Of a DNA stretch of 64,000 bases, positions 56,999-64,000 are shown one piece after another (positions within the stretch are counted from its first letter, which is position 1; each line of letters begins with the position of its first letter). The notes beneath the pieces are model-generated. The model searched no databases and was not told the origin of the DNA. It was given only the letters and a program-made list of their open reading frames with translations. The stretch is from contig CAVVXN010000001.1 in NCBI GenBank assembly GCA_963752285.1, forward strand, positions 384,001 through 448,000, in the 5' to 3' direction. The position numbers were made by a program, and so were the translations under genes. The DNA comes from an uncultured Planctomycetota bacterium. GTDB lineage: Bacteria > Planctomycetota > PLA2 > JAEUHO01.

Positions 56999-57838
56999 AT
57001 GTCGCCGCTCGAGGCCGCCGCCGATCGATCCGCGCCCGAGCCCGTGGTCGAGGTGAAGGACCTCGTCGCGTCCTACGGCGAGCAGAGGATCCTGAACGGC
57101 GTGGACCTGGTCGTGCACCGCGGTGAGGTGATGGCGATCCTCGGCGGGAGCGGCTCGGGGAAGTCCACGCTGCAGAAGTGCGTGCTCGGCATCCACCGGC
57201 CCGACCGCGGCACCGTGCGTGTCCTCGGGCGCGACATCTGGGCCGCCTCGCCCGACGAGCGCGACGAGATCTACAAGAAGGTCGGGATCGTGTACCAGGG
57301 GGGGGCGCTCTTCGGCTCGCTCTCGGTGGCCGACAACGTCGCACTCCCCCTCCGCGAGCACACGAGCCTGGCCGAGAAGATCGTCAATATCGCGATGCGC
57401 ATGAAACTCGGTCTCGTCGGCCTCTCCGGGTTCGAGGACCGCCTGCCGGCCGAGCTGTCGGGCGGGCAGGCGAAGCGGGTCGCGTTCGCCCGCGCGATCG
57501 CGATGGACCCCGAGGTCCTGTTCTGCGACGAGCCGTCGGCCGGTCTCGACCCGCGGATCGCTCGCGGCATCGACGACCTGATCCTGAACCTCAACAAGGC
57601 GTTCAACATGGCCGTCGTGGTGGTGACGCACGAGATGGAGTCGGTGCGCATCATCGCCGATCGCATCACGATGCTCGTCCCGCGCGCGGGCGGTGCGAAG
57701 GTCGCGTTCCAGGGCACGTACGACGAGATGACGAAGTGCGAGGACCCCGCCGTGCGCGACTTCGTGGCGCGCGCGCCGCTGCAGGAGCCGCGGGCGGAGG
57801 CGCGCGAGATCCTGAAGCAGCTGACGGGCGAGGAGTAG
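56999..57838 (+). CDS. ABC transporter ATP-binding protein, MlaF/Mkl family
   Basis: GGSGSGKS, YQGGALFGSLSV.DNVALPLREHT, LSGGQAKR, DEPSAGLDP, VVVTHE. Confidence 0.9.
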   Translation: MSPLEAAADRSAPEPVVEVKDLVASYGEQRILNGVDLVVHRGEVMAILGGSGSGKSTLQKCVLGIHRPDRGTVRVLGRDIWAASPDERDEIYKKVGIVYQGGALFGSLSVADNVALPLREHTSLAEKIVNIAMRMKLGLVGLSGFEDRLPAELSGGQAKRVAFARAIAMDPEVLFCDEPSAGLDPRIARGIDDLILNLNKAFNMAVVVVTHEMESVRIIADRITMLVPRAGGAKVAFQGTYDEMTKCEDPAVRDFVARAPLQEPRAEAREILKQLTGEE

Positions 57839-58753
57839 GTGGCCGACACGGTCGTACTGCGCCTCGGCGACGCCGCGGGGCGACGGCTCTACGACGCGCT
57901 CGGTCGCGAGCCGTTCCAGTTCGTGCCCGTGCCCCATGCGCACTGGAGCGCCCGCGGCGGCGAGGTGGTCGCGACCTTGTACCGGTCGGGCAAGCTCGTC
58001 GTGCAGGGGCGCGGCGCGGCCGGGTTCGTGGAGCGATTCCTCGCCGACGTGCCGCGCGCCGCGTCCGCGCCGTCGCCTGCGCCCGACGACGACGGCGTGG
58101 GCGCGCTCGACGTGCCGACGATCGGCACCGACGAGTCGGGGAAGGGCGACTACTTCGGACCGCTCGTCGTCGCGGCGGCGTTGGTCCGCCCCGAGGACCT
58201 CGCGTTCCTCGAGCCCCTGGGCGTCACGGACTCCAAGCTCGCGACGGCGGGCCGGATCCGGCGCGCGGAGGGTGCGCTCCTCGGGCGGCTCCCGCACGCC
58301 GTCCGCGTGCTCGGGCCGAGCGCGTACAACGACGCGTACGCCGTCACGGGGAACCTGAACGTCCTCCTCGGACGCCTCCACGCCGAGGTGATCGAGGAAG
58401 TCCTCGCCGCCGCCTCGGGCGGGGCAGCGCGCATCGTCATCGACCGGTTCGGCGACCCGCGCCACGTGCGCTCGCACTTCTCCACGCGGACCCGGGCCCT
58501 CCCGTTCGCGATGCCCGTGCGCGGCGAGCGGAACCCCGCGGTGGCGGCGGCGTCGTTCCTCGCCCGCGCCGCGTTCCTCCGCGCGTTCGACGAGCTGAAG
58601 GCCCTCGCGGGCGACGAGCTGTACCTCGGTGCGAGCGATCCCCGGATCGTGCCCCTCGCGCGGCGGCTCGTCCGCGAGGGGGGCGAGGCCTGGCTCGCGC
58701 GCTTCGCGAAGCTCCACTTCAAGCTGACCGATCGCGCGCGCGGCCGGTCCTGA
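57839..58753 (+). CDS. rnhC: Ribonuclease HIII
   Basis: N-terminal TBP-like domain (LYRSGKLVVQG); IGTDESGKGDYFGPLVVAA, GVTDSK, YN..Y....NLN, VAAASFLAR, AKLHFK. Confidence 0.9.
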   Translation: MADTVVLRLGDAAGRRLYDALGREPFQFVPVPHAHWSARGGEVVATLYRSGKLVVQGRGAAGFVERFLADVPRAASAPSPAPDDDGVGALDVPTIGTDESGKGDYFGPLVVAAALVRPEDLAFLEPLGVTDSKLATAGRIRRAEGALLGRLPHAVRVLGPSAYNDAYAVTGNLNVLLGRLHAEVIEEVLAAASGGAARIVIDRFGDPRHVRSHFSTRTRALPFAMPVRGERNPAVAAASFLARAAFLRAFDELKALAGDELYLGASDPRIVPLARRLVREGGEAWLARFAKLHFKLTDRARGRS

Positions 58754-58782
58754 GCCCCGGGCGGTCGCGGACCGCCCGGGGC
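58754..58782. terminator. Hairpin between convergent rnhC and idi
   Basis: 13-bp perfect stem GCCCCGGGCGGTC / GACCGCCCGGGGC with a 3-nt loop. Confidence 0.55.
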
Positions 58783-58786
58783 GCGC

Positions 58787-59377
58787 TCAGCGCGGCAGCC
58801 AGGCGGCGACGCGGTCCGCGAGGTCGCCGCGGAGCCGCGACCACTCCATGCGGAACCAGGGCGTGAACGCCTCCGGCTCGCGCGCGACCCAGCGGTCGAG
58901 CTCCGGGGGCGTGACCCAACGCCACGAGGCGATCTCGGTCTCGTTGGGGCGCACCGGGCCCTCCGCGCGCCCGACGTAGACGGCGCACAGCTCGCTCTCG
59001 CTGCCGTGGTCGTCGTAGCGGGCGTGGTACTGGAAGCGGTACACGAACTCGAGGCTCGCGCCGACGCCGAGCTCCTCCTCGACGCGTCGTCGCGCGGCGT
59101 CGCCCTCGGTCTCGCCGCGCCGCGGGTGGCTGCACACGCTGTTCGACCAGTAGAGCGGCCACAGGCGCTTGCCGTCCGCGCGCTGCTGCAGCAGCACGCG
59201 CCCCTCGTCGTCGAAGAGGAAGACCGAGAACGCGCGGTGCAGGATCCCCTCGCCCTCGTGGCACTCGGCCTTCGAGCGGTGGCCCAGCACCCGGTTCTCC
59301 TCGTCCACGACGATCAGGGGCTCGTCGTCGAAGGAGACCCGTCGGGAGGCGTCGTCGCCGGGTCGGGGTTCGGTCAC
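58787..59377 (-). CDS. idi: Isopentenyl-diphosphate delta-isomerase, type 1
   Basis: LHRAFSVFLF, LLQQRA..K..WP..WSNSVCSHP, ESELCAVY, FTPWF. Confidence 0.95.
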   Translation of the reverse strand: MTEPRPGDDASRRVSFDDEPLIVVDEENRVLGHRSKAECHEGEGILHRAFSVFLFDDEGRVLLQQRADGKRLWPLYWSNSVCSHPRRGETEGDAARRRVEEELGVGASLEFVYRFQYHARYDDHGSESELCAVYVGRAEGPVRPNETEIASWRWVTPPELDRWVAREPEAFTPWFRMEWSRLRGDLADRVAAWLPR

Positions 59378-59378
59378 G

Positions 59379-61646
59379 CTACGCCCCGTGCGCTTCCAGC
59401 GGGACCACGATCGCGCGATGGCCGGCGTTGCGCCACGCGTTCGCGACCCGCCCCGGCTCGTCGGGGGCGAGCGCGATGACCGCGCCGCCGCCGCCCGCGC
59501 CCGTGAGCTTCGCGCCGAGGGCGCCGTGCTCGCGGGCCACCTCGACGAGACGCTCGATCTCGTACGTCGAGACCTGGAGCGCGTTCAGGAGACCGTGGCA
59601 GACGTTCATGGCGCGACCGAGCGCCTCGTACTCGCCCGCCTCGAGGTTCGCGACGGCGTCGAGGGTCAGGTGGTCGATCTCGTCGAAGATGCGCTCGTAG
59701 GCGGTGCGGCTGGCCTCCCAGCCCTGGCGGACGCGCGCGACCATCGCGGCCGTGAGGCCCTCGCGACGGGTGAGGCCGACCACGAGCGAGGTCGGCCGCA
59801 CGATGCGGACGGGCCGGATGGACGGCGGGTCGCCGCGGCGAAAGAGGATCGGACGTCCCCACGTCGCCATCGCGTTGTCGATGCCCGACGGCGTGCCGTG
59901 CGCGAACTGCTCGGCGCGGTACGCGAGCGCGTTCACCTCGTCCTCCGTCACCGGCACCCCGAGGTGTTCGGCCACGGCGCGGATGACCGCGACGGCGAGC
60001 GCCGCGGAACCGCCGAGCCCCATGGCGCGGGGCACGCCCGCCTGCACGTGGATGGACAGCGGCCGACCGGCGGCGCCGAGCGACTCGAGGATCAGGCGGA
60101 GCGACTGCTCGAGCGAGTTCCGCGGCGCCGCGTCGAGGGCCATGCTCTCGGTCACGTTCCACTGCGGGATGAGGAGCTGGATCCCCTCGGGGGCGTCCTC
60201 CACCCGCGCGCGCATCGCGAGCGGGACCGGCGCCGCGAGGGCGTGGCGCCCGTACACCACGGCGTGCTCGCCGAGCAGGATGATCTTGCCGTGGCCGACC
60301 GACGTCGCGCCCCGGTCCGACTCGGCGGCCACGACGGGCTCCTCGGCCACGCCGCCGGCGGCGCGAAGGTCCTCGAGGATCTCCTGGGCCTTCCAGACCT
60401 TGACGTCGCCCTCGGCGATCAGCCGGGCCACGACCGCCTCGAAGTACGAGGGCGGCGTCCCGGCGGCGACGGCCACGCTCCGCGCGTGCAGCGCCATGTG
60501 GCCGCGCTGGATCCCGTCCGTGCTGAGAGCCCGGATCGCGGCGAAGTTCTGCGCGAGCCCGACCGCGCCCATGATCTCGGCGAGGTCGCGCGCCGAGGCG
60601 ACGTTGAGGATCCGGAACGCGATCCCGACGGCGGCGTTCGACTGGATCTGGCCGCCCACCGTCCCGACCTTGAGCGGCAGCTCGAGCGTGCCGCCGAGCG
60701 CGCCGTCCTCGGCCTGCCACCAACGCGTGAGGGAGCGGTACCGGCCGTGGAAGGCCGCGTACGCGTGCGCGGAGGCCTCGATCGCGCGCCAGTCGTTCCC
60801 GGTGGCGAGGGCCACGGCGTCGATGCCGTTCAAGATGCCCTTGTTGTGTGTGGCGGCGCGGTGCGGGTCGACCTCCGCGAACTGGTTCGCCAGGATGATG
60901 CCGTCGCGCACCTCCTCGCCCGCGTAGCCCTTGTTGGCGAGGAGCTCGATCGGGATCGTGGCCTCGGCCTTGACCATCGCGTGGCGCGCGAGGTTCGAGA
61001 GGATCCGGAGGAACACCTTTCCGCCCGTCAGCTGCTCCACGAGCGGCGCGATCGCCTCGCACATGCTGTTCACGAGGTTCGCGCCCATCGCGTCGCGCGT
61101 GTCCACGAGGAGGTGGACGACGAACATCTCGGGGCGGCCGGACGCGGCGGGGTACACGTGCACCTCGACGTCCCGGGCGCCGCCGCCGCGCGCGACCATG
61201 TTGGGGTGCAGGCTGTTGGCCAGGTCGAGGATCTCGCCCTTCTGCTCGAGCACGGCCTCGCGCGCGACCGCGGCGTTCTGCACGTCCACGACCTGCGTCT
61301 GGCCGATCAGCATCGGGTCGGTGCTCGTGACGCGGAACCCGCCCGCCGCGCGGATCGTCTTGGCCGCCGACGACACCGCGGCGACGATCGACGGCTCCTC
61401 GACCACCATCGGGACCAGAACCTCGCGGCCGTTCACGACGAAGTTCATGCCCAGTGCGAGCGGGAGCCCGAACACGCCGATCACGTTCTCGATCAGCCGG
61501 TCGGCCGCCTCCGCGTCGAGCACCTGGGCGCCGGCGAGGAGCGTCTCGTAGTCCTCACGCCCGAGGATGCCGCGGTCGAGGAGCGTCCGGAGCCGTTCGG
61601 GGACGGTCTGCCGGTAGAACCCGGGGATCCGAGAGCTCTGCACCAT
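59379..61646 (-). CDS. Bifunctional class II HMG-CoA reductase / mevalonate kinase fusion (755 aa)
   Basis: HMGR: IENVIG, EEPSIVAA, DAMGAN, RAATHNKG, GNDWRA, GIQRGHMALH. MVK in the same frame: GKIILLGEHAVVYG, PRAMGLGGSAA, HGTPSGID, GAKLTGAGGGG. Confidence 0.93.
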   Translation of the reverse strand: MVQSSRIPGFYRQTVPERLRTLLDRGILGREDYETLLAGAQVLDAEAADRLIENVIGVFGLPLALGMNFVVNGREVLVPMVVEEPSIVAAVSSAAKTIRAAGGFRVTSTDPMLIGQTQVVDVQNAAVAREAVLEQKGEILDLANSLHPNMVARGGGARDVEVHVYPAASGRPEMFVVHLLVDTRDAMGANLVNSMCEAIAPLVEQLTGGKVFLRILSNLARHAMVKAEATIPIELLANKGYAGEEVRDGIILANQFAEVDPHRAATHNKGILNGIDAVALATGNDWRAIEASAHAYAAFHGRYRSLTRWWQAEDGALGGTLELPLKVGTVGGQIQSNAAVGIAFRILNVASARDLAEIMGAVGLAQNFAAIRALSTDGIQRGHMALHARSVAVAAGTPPSYFEAVVARLIAEGDVKVWKAQEILEDLRAAGGVAEEPVVAAESDRGATSVGHGKIILLGEHAVVYGRHALAAPVPLAMRARVEDAPEGIQLLIPQWNVTESMALDAAPRNSLEQSLRLILESLGAAGRPLSIHVQAGVPRAMGLGGSAALAVAVIRAVAEHLGVPVTEDEVNALAYRAEQFAHGTPSGIDNAMATWGRPILFRRGDPPSIRPVRIVRPTSLVVGLTRREGLTAAMVARVRQGWEASRTAYERIFDEIDHLTLDAVANLEAGEYEALGRAMNVCHGLLNALQVSTYEIERLVEVAREHGALGAKLTGAGGGGAVIALAPDEPGRVANAWRNAGHRAIVVPLEAHGA

Positions 61647-61672
61647 GGCGCTGTTCCCATGTGGCGCTGTTC

Positions 61673-62743
61673 CTATTCTCCCCGGAACCGGGCTCCCACC
61701 GGATCGAGATCGAGCTCGAGGACCCGGAAGCCCTCCGCATCGGCCGCGGCGGCCGCGCGTGCGACGCACGTCTCGCTCGGGCCGAAGATCAGGCCGACGT
61801 CGCCCCCGCCGGCACCCGAGGGTTTGTACACGGCGCCCGCCGCCTCTGCCAGTCCGGCGAGCGCTCGGTGGGGGGGCGAGACGATCTCGAGACCGATCGT
61901 CCCTCCGAGCCGGTCGAGCCCTTCGACGTAGGCCGGGACGAGGTCGAGGAACGTCCCGCGCGGTCCCGACTCGAATGCGTCGGCCGCCGCTTCGGCGAGC
62001 ACGGCGAGGCGCCCGAGCGCGGCCGAGACCTCCTCGGGACGTTCCCGGCGCGCGCGCTCGAGCGCCACGAGATAGGAGACCGTTCGGGCGCTCGATCCCG
62101 TGTGGACCGCGGTCCAGTGCAGTCCGTCGGGGAAGGGGAGGCGGCGGACTTCCGTCTCGCCCCCGTTCGCACGAACGAACCGTAGGACGCCGCCCCGCTC
62201 GCTCGCCGCGACGTCCGCGCCGCTCCCGCGCCCGCCCTGGAACGCGCGATGGACCGCGAGGCTCTCCAGAAGCGACGCGTCGGCGTCGGGCCCGGGGGCC
62301 CCGAACCAGAGGTGGAGCAGGCGCGACACCGCCGCGCGGAGCGCGACCGCGAGCGCGGCGGACGAGCCGAGCCCGAGCTTCCCGCCGTCGTCCGAGGCGA
62401 GACGGCGGCTCTCGAGGCGCACCTCGACCGAGGGCCACCGGGCGGGGTCCTTCCCGACGCGCCGGGCGAGGTGCTCGACGACGACGGCCAGCAGGCGCGT
62501 CGCGGGCTCCTCCGCGGCGGGGCGTCCGTCGTCGAGCCGGAGCGCGCCCGCGCCGTCGGGTCGGAGCCGCCACGACGACGGCGGCGTGTCGGTGGCCAGT
62601 ACCCAGGGGCCCGCGTCCTCGTCCACGTCCACCGCAGCGCGGACGCGGCGATCCACCGCGACGACGATCGCCGGCGCGCCCTCGAGAACGGCGTACTCGC
62701 CCACGAGGAGGAGCTTCGCGGGGGCGGACACCTCGATCCTCAA
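61673..62743 (-). CDS. Phosphomevalonate kinase (GHMP family)
   Basis: TTG start overlapping the mvaD stop; SAPAKLLLVGEYAVLE, KLGLGSSAA, H..FQGGRGSGADVAAS, KPSGAGGGD. Confidence 0.85.
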   Translation of the reverse strand: MRIEVSAPAKLLLVGEYAVLEGAPAIVVAVDRRVRAAVDVDEDAGPWVLATDTPPSSWRLRPDGAGALRLDDGRPAAEEPATRLLAVVVEHLARRVGKDPARWPSVEVRLESRRLASDDGGKLGLGSSAALAVALRAAVSRLLHLWFGAPGPDADASLLESLAVHRAFQGGRGSGADVAASERGGVLRFVRANGGETEVRRLPFPDGLHWTAVHTGSSARTVSYLVALERARRERPEEVSAALGRLAVLAEAAADAFESGPRGTFLDLVPAYVEGLDRLGGTIGLEIVSPPHRALAGLAEAAGAVYKPSGAGGGDVGLIFGPSETCVARAAAAADAEGFRVLELDLDPVGARFRGE

Positions 62744-63738
62744 GCGTCGCCCTCGACGAGGCGCGCGCCGCGCCCGGGCCGGGCGCGGAGCACGGACGCG
62801 ACGCCCGGGACGGCGGCGAGCCGTCGCGCGACGAGATCGCCGGAGCCGGGCGCCACGAGGACCTTCACCTGGGGGCCGGCGTCGATCGTGAACCAGGCGC
62901 GAACGCCCTCGTCGCGAAGGCTCCACACCTCGCGCATCGCGGCGACGGTCGCGGGCCGCCAGTACAGGAGCGGCGGGTCCGAGGCGATCATGTCGGCGTG
63001 CATGCGGAGCGCGTTCGTCTCCGCGACGTGCCCGACCCTCTCCAGGTCTCCGGCGAGGAGGGCCGCGCGGACGTCTTCGAGGTCCCTTCGCGTGGAGGCG
63101 ACCCACGCGCCGTGGTACGGCGACGTCCGTGCGGTCCGCCGCATGCCCTCCGTCGAGCCCACGGGCTTCTTCGCGAGCGTGGTGACGGCCACCACCACCT
63201 CCATCGGCAAGAGGTCCGGTCCGCCGAGCGACACGGCGTACGCGTCGGAGCCGTCCTTGGCCTCGCCGGCGCGCATCTCGGCGAACCCGTCGCAGAGCGA
63301 CCGGGCCGCCGATCCCGAGCCCCGGCGCGCGAGGCGCGAGAGGTCCTCCTGCGAGAGGCCGAGGCCGAGCGCGCGGTCCACCGCCACCGCCAGCGCGGCG
63401 AAGCCCGCCGCGCTCGAGGCGAGGCCGGCGCCCGTCGGGAAGTCGTTGTGGCTCGTGACCCGGGCGTGGGCGCGCGTGCCCGTCTGCTCGCGAACGTGGT
63501 CGAGGAAGCGCTCGACGCGACGCGCGCCCGGGCCGTCGCGCGCGCCGTCGATCGTGACCTCGTCTCGCGCGAGCCCGGCGTCGAACGCGACGGTCGTGCG
63601 AGCCTCCAGGCCCTCGAGCGTGACGGAGATGGATCCCGTCTCCGGGAGGTTCTGGACGTCGTCGCGCTTGCCCCAGTACTTGACCAGGGCGACGTTGCTC
63701 GGACCGCGGGCGGAGGCCTTCCTGCCTCGTTCAGCCAT
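62740..63738 (-). CDS. mvaD: Diphosphomevalonate decarboxylase
   Basis: SNVALVKYWGK, NDFPTGAGLASSA, ARRGSGSAARS, NALRMH, FTIDAGPQVK. Confidence 0.95.
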   Translation of the reverse strand: MAERGRKASARGPSNVALVKYWGKRDDVQNLPETGSISVTLEGLEARTTVAFDAGLARDEVTIDGARDGPGARRVERFLDHVREQTGTRAHARVTSHNDFPTGAGLASSAAGFAALAVAVDRALGLGLSQEDLSRLARRGSGSAARSLCDGFAEMRAGEAKDGSDAYAVSLGGPDLLPMEVVVAVTTLAKKPVGSTEGMRRTARTSPYHGAWVASTRRDLEDVRAALLAGDLERVGHVAETNALRMHADMIASDPPLLYWRPATVAAMREVWSLRDEGVRAWFTIDAGPQVKVLVAPGSGDLVARRLAAVPGVASVLRARPGRGARLVEGDA

Positions 63739-63824
63739 GTTGCCCCCGCACCGGGACGACGGCCGGAGCCCCGCCCCGCCGCGTCCCGCCGCATGACTCG
63801 TCGAACGGAGGTCCCGAACGGCCA

Positions 63825-63833
63825 ACGATAGCA
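63825..63833 (-). promoter_or_regulatory. Putative extended -10 (TGC-TATCGT) for the mevalonate operon
   Basis: TGnTAnnnT about 87 nt upstream of the mvaD ATG, in the divergent intergenic region. Confidence 0.35.
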
Positions 63834-63920
63834 GGCGGCCGGAGGCGAACGTCCGAACGGAGGGGCGGGCCGGCCGTCCGCAGGTCCGCTCGATCGTCCG
63901 GGGGCGGTATGCTCGCGCGG

Positions 63921-64000
63921 ATGTCCCACCCGACCCCGCGTCTCCCTCTGGGCATCCTCCTCGGCGCGCTCCTCGTGGCGAGCCTCCCGGTGCGCGCGCG
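63921..64000 (+). CDS. 5' end of an exported protein (truncated by the window)
   Basis: GG-TATGCT-7 nt-ATG; MSHPTPRLPLGILLGALLVASLPVRA is signal-peptide-like. Confidence 0.6.
   Translation, partial: MSHPTPRLPLGILLGALLVASLPVRA

Overview
Very GC-rich, gene-dense bacterial chromosome segment. The gene set suggests, by inference only, an uncultured Planctomycetota/PVC-type diderm: exported prenyltransferase-repeat protein, DUF1501/DUF1800 pairs, HEAT/vWA proteins, DUF1573, TamA/TamB, RNase HIII. It holds about 55 CDS and one tRNA-Ala(CGC). I found no transposase, integrase, cas gene or CRISPR array. Blocks from left to right: acyl-CoA/MDR redox genes; trxC bracketed by a perfect 32-bp inverted repeat; tamB-tamA(lipoprotein); a duplicated DUF1800-DUF1501 module with an Ig-domain PQQ-dehydrogenase-like lipoprotein; thiolase; mqnD with a histone-H1-like N-terminal tail; two inverted ~105-bp stem-loop elements with fully compensated arm substitutions enclosing a 4x ~64-bp tandem repeat; kbl; argF'-like carbamoyltransferase; type-2 ileS with a GVHH motif; ABC transporters; a divergent PGK; rnhC; and a mevalonate operon (mvaD, PMK, HMGR::MVK fusion, idi) lacking HMG-CoA synthase. 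At least eleven genes have a TAnnnT box 6-8 nt before the start codon, which points to common leaderless transcription. Most long ORFs in the supplied track are GC-rich shadow frames, so start codons were re-assigned by hand. All family calls come from motif recognition, not database searches.
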